A DNA stretch of 64,000 bases from positions 157,449 to 221,448 of the forward strand of contig MFRA01000001.1 in NCBI GenBank assembly GCA_001783215.1. The letters are read 5' to 3'. Below the pieces are notes generated by a model, which ran no database searches, had not been told where the DNA came from, and saw only the letters and a list, made by a program, of their open reading frames with translations. Made by a program: the position numbers and the translations under genes. Within the stretch, counting starts at the first letter, position 1. Each line of letters opens with the position of its first letter. Source of the DNA: Candidatus Magasanikbacteria bacterium RIFOXYD1_FULL_40_23 (lineage in GTDB: Bacteria; Patescibacteriota; Patescibacteriia; Magasanikbacterales; GWA2-37-8). Positions 9,819 through 19,602 of this stretch are shown piece by piece.

Positions 9819-9955
9819 TAAGCTCTTTGGCTCCAAAGGTGCCTGGCCATTTACAATACGTAAGTGGCCAATTTTTTAAATTATAAAGCAGAGGCTGTTG
9901 ACCTTTTTTCCAATTTATTGCATGCTACCTAAACATACTGATAAGAGCAACCAGC

Positions 9956-10423
9956 TTGCTCAAAAATAATCTAGTTCAAAACCTGCATAAACCACCTAAA
10001 GTGGTTAAGCAAAAACATGGAACGGAGGGGCACGTGACAAAAAAACCTCCAGAGTCACTGGTCGCGACTCTTCTAGTCTGCGCTGTTTGCGGAGGAAATG
10101 CGCACACTTTCTGCGCTACTTGCAAAAGCAAGCGAGGAAAACAGATCTTTATCTGTAGCACTGCTTGCGCTAAGACGCACCTAAAGAGCCATCCGAAGCT
10201 TACCGAAACAGGTTGTATTACCTGTCAGAAACCACCCGATGGCACATGCGCCTACTGCCCTGCTCCAGTATGCAATGGCCTGGCTTGCGAAGATAGTTGT
10301 CGAAACGAATCAGACGGTTCTTGCCACGAATATTGTGGAAAAACTTGCCGAGAAGTTCACGAGGCGAAACACTTCGACGCACGAAGCGACGAAGACAAGA
10401 AGAATAAGAAAAGGAAACCGTGA
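9956..10423 (+). CDS. Cys-rich zinc-finger protein (MYND/HIT-like CxxC spacing) with a Lys-rich tail
   Basis: CAVCGGNAHTFCATCKSKRGKQIFICSTACAKTHLKSH gives Cx2Cx7Cx2Cx9Cx3Cx3Hx3H. A second Cys cluster lies downstream. The annotated start is TTG, and a GTG with a GGAGGGG RBS is an alternative start. Confidence 0.45.
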   Translation: MLKNNLVQNLHKPPKVVKQKHGTEGHVTKKPPESLVATLLVCAVCGGNAHTFCATCKSKRGKQIFICSTACAKTHLKSHPKLTETGCITCQKPPDGTCAYCPAPVCNGLACEDSCRNESDGSCHEYCGKTCREVHEAKHFDARSDEDKKNKKRKP

Positions 10424-10436
10424 AACGGCTCATACT

Positions 10437-10478
10437 GGGATATCTACAAGTGTAGCTCTATCCCATCTATTTTTTTAA
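10437..10478 (+). terminator. intrinsic terminator
   Basis: GGGATA...TATCCC stem followed by atctatttttttaaaa. Confidence 0.4.
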
Positions 10479-10507
10479 AACTAAATTTAATTTCTCTAAT
10501 TTTACTT

Positions 10508-10912
10508 ATGTCCAAAAATATCGCCGTAATCTGTGGGGAATTTCACAAAAAAGAAGCAACAGAAATGCTAAATGAAGTTCGCAAAGTGGCCGCTGAAAAT
10601 AATTTAACTATTGCCGAAGAAATTTGGGTAAACGGAAGTTACGAAAAACCGTTGGCTCTAAAACGAGTACTAATGAAAGAAAATATAGATGGAGCGATTG
10701 CTCTTGGAATAATTGAACGCGGAGAAACAAAACATGGACTGGTAATGGGTCACACAGTAATGCAAACGATTCTAAACTTAGAATTAGAATTTATGAAGCC
10801 AGTTGGTGTTGGAATTTTGGGTCCAGAAATTTTACCAAGCCAAATTCCTTCTCGTTTACTTCCTACTGCACAAAAAGCAACCTTGGCTGTGGTACGAATG
10901 TTAGAAAAATAA
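10508..10912 (+). CDS. 6,7-dimethyl-8-ribityllumazine synthase family protein
   Basis: Collinear with RibH. IAVICGEFHKKEATEMLNEV matches the N-terminal region and GAIALGIIERGETKHGLVMGHTV matches the core. Confidence 0.5.
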   Translation: MSKNIAVICGEFHKKEATEMLNEVRKVAAENNLTIAEEIWVNGSYEKPLALKRVLMKENIDGAIALGIIERGETKHGLVMGHTVMQTILNLELEFMKPVGVGILGPEILPSQIPSRLLPTAQKATLAVVRMLEK

Positions 10913-10920
10913 ATAACACA

Positions 10921-11526
10921 CTACACACTCATCAGTTGAACTAACTTATCTAAATCATTCTTCCTTTCAAAATCGATATTGCTTCGCTCTAAAACAATCA
11001 ACTTTGTAGTTGATGGAACAAGAGCAAATATTTTTTCATATTTTTGCTGCAGCAACGCAATAGTGTCTTGATAGGAATCATCCATATCAAAATTCCTGCT
11101 CCCAAGTTCTGTAAATTTTTTTGTTCCTTCTTTATTATTTTTTAGATAAATAATAATATCAGGCCATTGTAAAGTTTTTAAATCTATTTCTATCAGTTCA
11201 TTTACCACGTCTTTGTCGTGCCCGCTCAATAAAACATCAACGTACATTTGGTTATCAACCCAAAAAGTATCCAGCACCACTCCCTTCTGTATTTTTTTCA
11301 ATTTTACAGCCTCTAACAAATGAGAAATTTGCCGATTGCGAAACCACAAAATCCTACGAAGATTATTTTCGCTATTTTTTATATCGTCTTCTATAAACTT
11401 TGGAAACTTGTCACCATAACCTTCTAAAAATGCCTGTGCCCCCAACACGGAAGCAAGCTTATTTACCAAAAATGTTTTTCCACTTCTGGGAGCGCCTATT
11501 ACCGCAATAATTTTTTCCTCGGGCAT
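10921..11526 (-). CDS. deoxynucleoside kinase family P-loop NTPase
   Basis: Walker A VIGAPRSGKTF. About 200 aa with dNK-like architecture. Confidence 0.55.
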   Translation of the reverse strand: MPEEKIIAVIGAPRSGKTFLVNKLASVLGAQAFLEGYGDKFPKFIEDDIKNSENNLRRILWFRNRQISHLLEAVKLKKIQKGVVLDTFWVDNQMYVDVLLSGHDKDVVNELIEIDLKTLQWPDIIIYLKNNKEGTKKFTELGSRNFDMDDSYQDTIALLQQKYEKIFALVPSTTKLIVLERSNIDFERKNDLDKLVQLMSV

Positions 11527-11527
11527 A

Positions 11528-13807
11528 CTACTTTATAGCCTTCAAAATCTTTTCTTTAATATCGTTTGGATTCATATCGGCCAAATCGTATAATTCTTCT
11601 ACATTGCCAGATTTTAAATATTGGGTTATGCCAATTGCTTTTTTGTCGTAATCGACTGGAAGCATAAATGGATACAAGAAACCTGGCCAACCGTTATGCA
11701 GAGTAACAACTAATCCCCTTTCTTCGTCTGCTAAAATACTTTGCGCTTTCTCTGGATTATTTTTTCGCAAATCTTCAAATAATTCCGGTGAAGTAACTGC
11801 GATAATTTTTACATCAAACCCTTGCGCTTCTAGCTCTGGCAAAATTTCCAGTGTATTTTTTAGTACTTGCATACCAGAAATTGCAAGGACGATTTTTTTA
11901 TTTTTAGGAATAGATCCCTCGTCGGCTACGGCCTCGCTCGGGATGACAACATTGGAGAATTGTTTATAAACATAAGCACCATTGTTTGCTTCTATCGCCT
12001 CTGGTACTTCGCTACGATCTATTACTGGTTGCTCTGGTCTGTAAGCAGAAAGCACAATCGGTTCGCCTTTTTCTAATGCACCAAACAACATCTCTACAGT
12101 TTCGTTGGCATCCAGTGGCTTGTACACCTTTATTCCTGGCAAAGCGTTATAAAGTGACATCCAATACATTCCTTGGTGTGTAGGGCCATCCTCGCCAGTT
12201 TCTGGGCCATCGTGGGCTGCCAGACAGATAAAAAATCCTTTTGTTTCTGGATTAAGATGATTACCTATTACTGCCAAACGGATAGAATTGGCCATCATAT
12301 TTGTAAACACAGCGAATGTACCAAATACCGAAACCGGTTTATATCCGCCAGGCAAAATATCTTGGGTTATAGCTGCACCCATCATAGCCATATTTTGTTC
12401 GGCAATTCCATAACGGATTCCACGCCCAAACGGATTTTCTTTACTAATCAATCCATAAACTTCTTCGGCAGAATTTGTAAAAACAGATTTCGCCAAATCC
12501 CCTGCTCCGGCATAAAAAAATGCAGTCTGTTTCATATACCAAGCAAACCAAGCTTGCACTGCTTTGCGTGTAGAAATTTTTTCTCCAGCTTTAAAAACTA
12601 ATTCTGGAGGCAAAACTTTTGGACGTTTGATACTTAACGGCTGAACAAACGGTCTGCCATCCAAAGCTTTCTTCATTTGGTTTACTAAGGAGTGTTCGGG
12701 CACAATTTTCTGCGCGCCGATTTCTAATCTTTCCAAAATATATTTTTCATCTTCTGGAGTAATATTCACTAGCACTTCTTGAATATCTTCTAAAACTCTC
12801 CCCTGCTCGCCCGGAATATTAAATCCTAACTTTTTCATTATACTTACATACTCGTCGTGCTTTACCGGAGATCCATGTGACGCAGCTGTGTTTTCTTTAC
12901 TTCCATAACCTTTGCCTTTGAGTGTATGACAAATAATTACAGTTGGCTGGCCGTTTTCAAATCCCTGCGCAGCCAAACGATACGCATATACCATTTCCAA
13001 AACATTGTGACCGTTTGTTTCAATTACATTCCAACCCAAACCTAGCCAGTGATTTATATATGGCGAAGAAATTACCTGTTCTATTTCGGCATCAATTCCA
13101 AAATGATTATAATCCAAACTTACAATCATGTTTTTTAATCCATTGGTGGCGATAATATTTCGCGCTTCATAGGTCATACCCTCTTCACTTTCGGCATCAC
13201 CCATAAACACCCAAGTTTTGGTATCTAGCCCGCAAGAAGAATGCGCCAACGCCATACCGCCAGCAGCAGCAAATCCGTGGCCAGATGGGCCAGTAGTAAA
13301 ATCAGAATAAGGATACTGCGCTTCGGCGTGGCCTTGTGGGCCGTCTGCATGACGAAAGCGTAATAAATCTTGTGGTAAAACTGCTTTGATTACAGCTTCG
13401 GAAAATTGTCTGCCCGTGCGTTTTAAAATTTCATAATATAGTGCTTGTCCAGCAAAAAGTAATGGCGTGCAATGCCCGGCACTCCAAATTAATCTATCTC
13501 TGCCAGGATTTTTGGGATTGATTGGATCAAATGCCATTACTCCACTTAGCGTCATTGCCAAGAATTGCTCTACTTTGCCGCTACTGCCAGGATGTCCGGA
13601 TTGACCAGCTTCTACAGCTGCAAAAATAAGGCCGCGAATAACTTTGGCTAATTTATCTAATCTAACGACATCTATACCGTCTAGGTTTTCTAGTTTTAAA
13701 TCTTTTATATTTAAGTATTCGGCTCCAGCAAATTCAAACTTCACCCTATCTTTTTCTTTTTTCTTAAATTTTTCTAAATCTTTTTTGTCTAAGAGATTGT
13801 AGGACAT
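11528..13807 (-). CDS. tkt: transketolase
   Basis: TPP-binding SGHPGSSG and GDAESEEGMTYEA (GDG-x-E type). Carries an N-terminal extension of about 50 aa. Confidence 0.85.
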   Translation of the reverse strand: MSYNLLDKKDLEKFKKKEKDRVKFEFAGAEYLNIKDLKLENLDGIDVVRLDKLAKVIRGLIFAAVEAGQSGHPGSSGKVEQFLAMTLSGVMAFDPINPKNPGRDRLIWSAGHCTPLLFAGQALYYEILKRTGRQFSEAVIKAVLPQDLLRFRHADGPQGHAEAQYPYSDFTTGPSGHGFAAAGGMALAHSSCGLDTKTWVFMGDAESEEGMTYEARNIIATNGLKNMIVSLDYNHFGIDAEIEQVISSPYINHWLGLGWNVIETNGHNVLEMVYAYRLAAQGFENGQPTVIICHTLKGKGYGSKENTAASHGSPVKHDEYVSIMKKLGFNIPGEQGRVLEDIQEVLVNITPEDEKYILERLEIGAQKIVPEHSLVNQMKKALDGRPFVQPLSIKRPKVLPPELVFKAGEKISTRKAVQAWFAWYMKQTAFFYAGAGDLAKSVFTNSAEEVYGLISKENPFGRGIRYGIAEQNMAMMGAAITQDILPGGYKPVSVFGTFAVFTNMMANSIRLAVIGNHLNPETKGFFICLAAHDGPETGEDGPTHQGMYWMSLYNALPGIKVYKPLDANETVEMLFGALEKGEPIVLSAYRPEQPVIDRSEVPEAIEANNGAYVYKQFSNVVIPSEAVADEGSIPKNKKIVLAISGMQVLKNTLEILPELEAQGFDVKIIAVTSPELFEDLRKNNPEKAQSILADEERGLVVTLHNGWPGFLYPFMLPVDYDKKAIGITQYLKSGNVEELYDLADMNPNDIKEKILKAIK

Positions 13808-13950
13808 ATTTAAATAATGGCATTATTACTTACATTGTACCGATTTTATCGGTTTAAAACAAGGTTTGTATATTTCAACATAATTTATCATTGACATTTT
13901 CCACAAAATATAATACGGTTTGGATCCCCCCCTCCAATAAGGAGCTCCCG

Positions 13951-14256
13951 ATGAGAGAATTGGTCATGCAGGCCATCCAACAAGCGATGAATGGCTCCCG
14001 TAAACTCAGAATTACGTTCAGTCAAGAGTTTTCCCAAGAGAGCGCTCGCAACCTTTTGACGATGATGTCAGTCCATCTCATTTGGATGCTGCCACAAGCT
14101 TGGCAGGCACTAGGCTTCCTGTCTAAAAATGGTCACTGGGGAAAAAATAGCAATCCAGTCGTGGAGATTACCCTGAACCAAGGTGATGGTGGCTTAGGGG
14201 CAATAATCAACGAGGTCTTCTTGTCTGGCATCGAAAAAGTTGAAGTCGTCAGCTAG
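13951..14256 (+). CDS. hypothetical small protein, paralog of 16043..16390
   Basis: AAGGAG RBS 6 nt before the ATG at 13951. The ORF track began it at 13891. Shares GS(R/H)KL(R/K)(I/V)xF and the C-terminal xVEVV(S/E) with the 16043 gene. GC is above surroundings. Confidence 0.5.
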   Translation: MRELVMQAIQQAMNGSRKLRITFSQEFSQESARNLLTMMSVHLIWMLPQAWQALGFLSKNGHWGKNSNPVVEITLNQGDGGLGAIINEVFLSGIEKVEVVS

Positions 14257-14357
14257 AAAGCACTTTATAGCAGAGGCCTACGAACAAGATGTTCGAGGCC
14301 TCGTATTTTTTTTAAAGCTATGCTACAGTAATTTAAGTTTATTATTAATAATAAAAT

Positions 14358-14768
14358 ATGGACGAACAAAACCCAAGCACTTCACCAGAAAGCGCACCCG
14401 TAGTGCCACCAGCAAACCCACAACCAACCCCTCAAGCTGAACAACCACATACTCCACCTCCAGCTGCCGAGCCAAAACACAACACTCTTATGGCAGTAGT
14501 GGCCTATATCCTATTCTTCGTTCCCCTACTTACCGATGCAAAGAATGATCCTTTTGTTAAATTTCATGTAAAACAAGGTCTAATACTATTTATCGCCTGC
14601 GTTGCTTCGGCAATATTTATCCGATTACCTGTAATTGGTTGGATACTTATGGTTCCTCTAAATATTTTCCTCTTTGTAGCTTGGATAATGGGCATACTTA
14701 ATGCTCTAAGCGGCAAACAAAAACATTTACCTTTTATTGGTGAATACGCAGACAGTTTCAAATTCTAA
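14358..14768 (+). CDS. DUF4870-family membrane protein with Pro-rich N-terminus
   Basis: Signature TDAKNDPFVKFHVKQGL followed by two TM helices. Confidence 0.6.
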   Translation: MDEQNPSTSPESAPVVPPANPQPTPQAEQPHTPPPAAEPKHNTLMAVVAYILFFVPLLTDAKNDPFVKFHVKQGLILFIACVASAIFIRLPVIGWILMVPLNIFLFVAWIMGILNALSGKQKHLPFIGEYADSFKF

Positions 14769-14780
14769 ATACTGATACCA

Positions 14781-14812
14781 AAAAAAGACCCCTGATAGGG
14801 TCTTTTTTGTTT
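14781..14812 (+). terminator. intrinsic terminator
   Basis: aaaaaAGACCCctgataGGGTCTtttttgtttg. Confidence 0.65.
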
Positions 14813-14860
14813 GACACTCTGCAATACCTAGACGATAATACAACTCAAGGAGAGACCAGC

Positions 14861-15055
14861 ATGGCAATCGATCTGGCAACGAAAATTAAACTAGTAAGCA
14901 TAGACGGCTTTGCCGCTTGCGCAGACGACACCGACAGGTCGGGTCTGTTGCGTGTGTACTTACTAACAGACACACCCGAAATGCGAGAAGCTGTTCTGGC
15001 TATCATCGGAAATCAGCTAACCGCGGACAAAGTGCTCTTCGAAAGGAAGTCGTAA
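14861..15055 (+). CDS. hypothetical small protein
   Basis: AAGGAGAG RBS before the ATG at 14861. The track began it at 14807. Confidence 0.35.
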   Translation: MAIDLATKIKLVSIDGFAACADDTDRSGLLRVYLLTDTPEMREAVLAIIGNQLTADKVLFERKS

Positions 15056-15325
15056 ATGAACTTGAACAATTTGGATTTTCCACCTAACCGACACAACCTT
15101 GTAAATGGTAGTATGCTAAAAGCTACCAGAGAAGGGTCGGGGTTCATTACTGATTTGATGATTGTGATTGGTTGGAATGGCAGCCAAGCTTGCTTCAAAT
15201 CTCTTCGCTGGAGCGTCGAACAGATCTGCCAAGATATTGACACTGGTATTTGGGTAATAATGGACAAGGCCTTGGATCTCTCGGACCCGAAGCAACTCCA
15301 GGCTTTCTCTATGTTCTGCAGATAA
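15056..15325 (+). CDS. hypothetical small protein
   Basis: TAAATG stop/start overlap with the previous ORF suggests translational coupling. Confidence 0.35.
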   Translation: MNLNNLDFPPNRHNLVNGSMLKATREGSGFITDLMIVIGWNGSQACFKSLRWSVEQICQDIDTGIWVIMDKALDLSDPKQLQAFSMFCR

Positions 15326-15387
15326 GCTGCGCCACACCTTTATCGGCGAGTAACTATCGCTGGTTGGTGTGGCTTTTTTTGCTTTAC

Positions 15388-15891
15388 TTATTTTACAATT
15401 CTTACCCCAACAGACAATCCTTCTTGAATTTTTTTCAAATCCGCTTCGGAATAATTATTGCCGGAAATATTTAATGTTATGAGGTTTTTTAGATTGGCCA
15501 GTTCGTATGGTAAACCGGTAAGTTTATTGTAAGAAACATCTAGAACTTCTAAATATTGTAGTTGCCCTATTTCGGCAGGAAGACCAGTCATTTCGTTATT
15601 ACTCAAATTTAATACTTTTAAGTTTTTTAGTTTTCTAATTTCGGCTGGAATTGCGCCGGTTAATTTATTATTGGATAAATCAAGCTCTACCAAGTTTGTT
15701 TGATTAAAAAGATCTTCGGGTACTTTTGCTAGTTCTCGCCCACTAAGATTTAAGCTATTTTCTGTGGTAGATTTTACTTCTGGAGTAGCGTCTGTTCCAG
15801 CTGGTTCGCTATTGGATTGATTTGAAGCAGGTAAACAGCCGGCGCCTAGTAACAAGACAGAAACAACAAGCAGAAAAAGGTTGTATCTCAT
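15388..15891 (-). CDS. leucine-rich repeat (LRR) protein with signal peptide, possible lipoprotein
   Basis: Repeated LxxLxLxxNxLTGxIP units. N-terminal MRYNLFLLVVSVLLLGAGC. Confidence 0.65.
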   Translation of the reverse strand: MRYNLFLLVVSVLLLGAGCLPASNQSNSEPAGTDATPEVKSTTENSLNLSGRELAKVPEDLFNQTNLVELDLSNNKLTGAIPAEIRKLKNLKVLNLSNNEMTGLPAEIGQLQYLEVLDVSYNKLTGLPYELANLKNLITLNISGNNYSEADLKKIQEGLSVGVRIVK

Positions 15892-15965
15892 ATGTTTTAA
15901 TTAGCTTGAATAAATATAGTATTTATCTAGGGTACCTTACTTAATCACCTAATACAATGAATAGA

Positions 15966-15994
15966 TTGACAAAAACGCTAAATTATAGTAATCT
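15966..15994 (+). promoter_or_regulatory. sigma70-like promoter (TTGACA-17-TAATCT)
   Basis: TTGACA at 15966-15971, a 17-nt spacer, then TAATCT at 15989-15994. A 5'UTR hairpin CGGGTT..AACCCG and an AGAGGAAAA RBS follow. Confidence 0.5.
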
Positions 15995-16042
15995 ATTTAA
16001 TCGGGTTGCTACAACTTAACCCGTAGAATAGAGGAAAACGTC

Positions 16043-16390
16043 ATGCAGACAATGCGAGATAGTCTGTCCAAGGTCTTCGACGAAGCGCTTGCTGGCAGCC
16101 ACAAGCTCAAGGTGATCTTCAAGCACGGCCGAGAAGGCTTTGATGTGATTTACTACCTGGCAGGTATGGTGGAGAGCAAGCTGGTGAAGCTGCCACCTGA
16201 CCAGGAAATTGCCTATATTGGCATCCGCACCGCCACCATCGAGGGGTGGCGGGACTACTGGAACGATATCAGCAATCGCACCACCACAATCGAGCTCACA
16301 GAGCTATTTCTGAACAACTACAAAAATTACAAGTTCTGGTTCTGTGACAGGTTGCATGAAGGCATGGCAAGTGTCGAAGTCGTCGAGTAG
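16043..16390 (+). CDS. hypothetical small protein, paralog of 13951..14256
   Basis: Carries GSHKLKVIF and the ASVEVVE C-terminus. Has its own promoter and RBS. Confidence 0.55.
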   Translation: MQTMRDSLSKVFDEALAGSHKLKVIFKHGREGFDVIYYLAGMVESKLVKLPPDQEIAYIGIRTATIEGWRDYWNDISNRTTTIELTELFLNNYKNYKFWFCDRLHEGMASVEVVE

Positions 16391-16410
16391 ATTGATATCG
16401 ACCAATAGCC

Positions 16411-16450
16411 AAGAGCCCCGAGGACGCTGTCCCGGGGCTCAAATTATTTT
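16411..16450. terminator. bidirectional intrinsic terminator between convergent genes
   Basis: GAGCCCCGaggacgctgtcCCGGGGCTC followed by aaattatttt. Confidence 0.6.
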
Positions 16451-17279
16451 ATAAAAGATAAGTTTTGTTTTTAAAAACATCCATTAACCATTTCGTATTT
16501 TCACCCACTTTGGCATTGCCAATTTTATTACTATCAATTTTTACTACCGGCAAAACTTCTCTAGTGGTAGATGTAAGAAATGCTTCTGTAATACTTTTTA
16601 TCTCGTTTACTTTTACATCTCTTTCTTCTACTTTAAACTTCTTTTTGGCTAATCCCAATACAAATTTTCTAATGGTGCCGGCAAGAATATTATTTTTTGG
16701 CGTAATTAACGTGTTTTTCTTAAAAAAGAATATGTTGCTGGTTGCGCCTTCTAGAACAAGTCCTCTGTTTACATAAAGTATTTCAAACGCTTTTTGTTTT
16801 TCTTTTTTATTTTGTAATTTAAGCATCGTAATATAATCTGTAGTTTTCGCCCCAGAATTATTTCTTTGAAAATCGTAAGTAATCATTTTTACTCCTTTTT
16901 TATAAAGCTCAACTTGGAGCTGATGGATTTCTTTGGCAATGATAATGACTGTAGGCGAATTTATATCAAAAGTTAACCCATCTTTGCTTGCGCCTCCAGT
17001 AACAATAATTTTTATCGTCGTTTCTTTTAATTTATTTTTCTTTAATAATTCATCTATAATCTTGCTTATCCTAACTTTTGATAAAGGAACTTTTAGCCCA
17101 ACCAACTTGGCAGAGTTTTCTAAACGATTCAAATGTTCTTGCAAAAGAAAAGGTCTGCCATTGTACGTTCGTAAAAAATCAAAAACCGCGTACCCTCTAA
17201 GCAACCCTAGATCATTTATGCTTACTGAAGCATCTTCTTCAAGAAGAATTTTTCCATTTATATGGCAAAACTTTTTCAT
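16449..17279 (-). CDS. class IV aminotransferase (branched-chain/D-amino-acid aminotransferase family)
   Basis: Fold-type IV length and architecture. Conserved blocks are ...RGLVLEGATSNIFFF... and ...AGTIRKFVL... Confidence 0.7.
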   Translation of the reverse strand: MKKFCHINGKILLEEDASVSINDLGLLRGYAVFDFLRTYNGRPFLLQEHLNRLENSAKLVGLKVPLSKVRISKIIDELLKKNKLKETTIKIIVTGGASKDGLTFDINSPTVIIIAKEIHQLQVELYKKGVKMITYDFQRNNSGAKTTDYITMLKLQNKKEKQKAFEILYVNRGLVLEGATSNIFFFKKNTLITPKNNILAGTIRKFVLGLAKKKFKVEERDVKVNEIKSITEAFLTSTTREVLPVVKIDSNKIGNAKVGENTKWLMDVFKNKTYLL

Positions 17280-17311
17280 ATTTTGTGAGCGCCGTTTAGA
17301 TCATGTGGATT

Positions 17312-19582
17312 TTACTTCCCCCAAAATCGCCCCTGTTCAAACATCTGGCGTTTCCATTTATAGAACTCTAAATATTCGCAGAGGGTAAGCGGTGTACTGG
17401 TAGAAGCGCTAGCAATTTCATCTTCACACTTTAATTCGCTTGGAATTTCGTAGCTTATATCTCGCCTATCTTCATTCAATCTTTGGTTGATATACAATCC
17501 GTACTCATGCATACCCAAAACATTCTGGTATTTGTTTCTGTCATCAAAAATTGAATGCCCTTCAAAGCTGTTTGGTGTATTTATATTTAAAACTTGCAAA
17601 AGTGTTGGGGCCATATCTATGCTGGACGAATACATATCTACTTCTTTTGGCAATTTATTCTGCGGCACATACATCATAAACATAGTCTCGTCATAAAAAC
17701 TAAGCTTATCCGCATCTGGCGGAAATAGTTTTTTGATTTCTGCGCCCGGGAAAACAGCATGGTCGGCTACAGCCACTACGATAGTGTTGTTGTAATATTT
17801 ACTTTGCTTAAACTCTTTCCAAAATTTGGCAAAGGCGTCATCGGCAGTGCGATAAGAGTTTAAAACATTACTTTCTCCATCTCTATACATCACCATATCT
17901 TGAGCCAAATCGTACGGCGCATGAGTATCTACGGTAGAAAGCATCATTAGGAAAGGTTCTTGCTTTTTCTTTTCTATAAGTTGCCACATCGCTGGGTAAA
18001 GCTGATGGTCCGAATAGCCCCAGGATAACGGCGCCCCTTTTATAATATTTTTTAATTCATCTTGGCCGTAGATGCCGTCGGTATCCATGCTGGTAAAAAT
18101 AGAATTTTTGTTTTCAAATTCTTTGTCTACAGCTGTAATATAAGTGGCAGATTTGTAGCCATTATTTTTTAAAATAGTAGGCAAGCAAAGCAAGCGCAAT
18201 CTTTGTAAGTTTTTATTATCCTCTACTTCGGTATAGCCAGTAGGAGGCAAGAATGAACAGAGTTGAGAAATAATTCCATTTATAGTTGGTGTAGATGCGT
18301 TGTAGAACTTTTTAAATACAGTAGTGTCACGATCATTGGCCATGCGCTCTAAACCAGGAGTAAGGCCTACCACATTTTGGTTATAGACACTGGTAAGCCG
18401 GCTAGAAAATGATTCAAAGAAAACAATGATTACATTTGGTTTGTTTATTGCGAATTGTTCGGGCAAAAGAACCTGGCTTGGAGCAAAGGCCTGCTCTTTA
18501 TGAGCCAAGTGAAAATCATCGGTATTATAAAATAAACCAAACTTCTCCATTTTTTCTTTTAATACCGGACTTAATTTCGCTTCGGTTTTTACACCCAAGA
18601 AAAAATTATAAAAATTTCTGGCAACTGTAAATTCCGGTGTGTTTTTAAAAGAACTTAAACCAAACAAGGAAAACAAAGAAACTGCCACCAAGGCCAAACT
18701 GTAGTAAGCCCATTGGCGAAACGAGCTGCTGTGGTAGGTATGAATAATTTTACGAAATACAAAACCAAAGATTATTAAAATAACAAGAATACCCGCCCCA
18801 AGCAGAGCGGTAAGAGTGCCAGAAGCCACACCGGTGGCACCATCAGCCACTTCTAGCATAAGAGGGCTTAGGTATAGCCCGGTAAAATACATAATACCGA
18901 TATTGATTCCCCAGATACAAACAAGCAACACAAACGAAATACCCCACAAAGCAACAGCAAAATAGCGCCAAGGTGAGCGAAGTTTCCAAAATATAAGGGT
19001 AGATACTACAAACCCTAAAATCCAAAACATGGTCATAGCCCAAGAACGGAAAAGAACTATATTGTAAAATTTTAGGTACGCATCAAAATTGGCAAAACGA
19101 TAAGCCAAATATTGGAACGAGGAAAACATTATAAATAAAAAGAAAATGATAGTAAAAACATTTTTGTTTACAATTTTCCATTCGTGCGCGCTTGGGTGAT
19201 GCGACAAATACGCTTGAGTTTTGTAATAAAACAACCCCATTAAGCCAAGAAATACAAACACACTAAATAGTTGGTTGCGACAAAAAAATACTAAGAAGAA
19301 AAGCGACGACAGAAAAAATAAACTGTCTAAAAACCTACCGAATTCCTTTTGCCAAAACATATGGCGATTGAATTTGGCGGTAAGAAAATGATAGAGCCAT
19401 CTAAACACTCTGTAACCAACAAAAACAACCAACCAGGTGGCTAAAACATAAATAAAAAATCGGTCGTATGGCTTATGCTTGGTATGATACCAATTCCATC
19501 CGGCCGAAATTACAAACGCGCCTGCCAAACTTTGCATTATCCCCCACAATGACTTGAGTTTATCTAAAATAATTTTAAGCAC
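17312..19582 (-). CDS. LTA synthase / sulfatase-family membrane protein (LtaS/MdoB-like)
   Basis: A multi-TM N-terminal half plus a C-terminal alkaline-phosphatase-like domain (VIIVFFESFSS...DTHAPY). Confidence 0.7.
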   Translation of the reverse strand: MLKIILDKLKSLWGIMQSLAGAFVISAGWNWYHTKHKPYDRFFIYVLATWLVVFVGYRVFRWLYHFLTAKFNRHMFWQKEFGRFLDSLFFLSSLFFLVFFCRNQLFSVFVFLGLMGLFYYKTQAYLSHHPSAHEWKIVNKNVFTIIFFLFIMFSSFQYLAYRFANFDAYLKFYNIVLFRSWAMTMFWILGFVVSTLIFWKLRSPWRYFAVALWGISFVLLVCIWGINIGIMYFTGLYLSPLMLEVADGATGVASGTLTALLGAGILVILIIFGFVFRKIIHTYHSSSFRQWAYYSLALVAVSLFSLFGLSSFKNTPEFTVARNFYNFFLGVKTEAKLSPVLKEKMEKFGLFYNTDDFHLAHKEQAFAPSQVLLPEQFAINKPNVIIVFFESFSSRLTSVYNQNVVGLTPGLERMANDRDTTVFKKFYNASTPTINGIISQLCSFLPPTGYTEVEDNKNLQRLRLLCLPTILKNNGYKSATYITAVDKEFENKNSIFTSMDTDGIYGQDELKNIIKGAPLSWGYSDHQLYPAMWQLIEKKKQEPFLMMLSTVDTHAPYDLAQDMVMYRDGESNVLNSYRTADDAFAKFWKEFKQSKYYNNTIVVAVADHAVFPGAEIKKLFPPDADKLSFYDETMFMMYVPQNKLPKEVDMYSSSIDMAPTLLQVLNINTPNSFEGHSIFDDRNKYQNVLGMHEYGLYINQRLNEDRRDISYEIPSELKCEDEIASASTSTPLTLCEYLEFYKWKRQMFEQGRFWGK

Positions 19583-19602
19583 GGAAATAATAAATTAAAA
19601 TA

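Noticed and set aside
12173-12601. 142-aa + strand ORF inside tkt
   Set aside because: It is antisense to a strongly supported transketolase gene and is a Cys/Arg-rich shadow frame.
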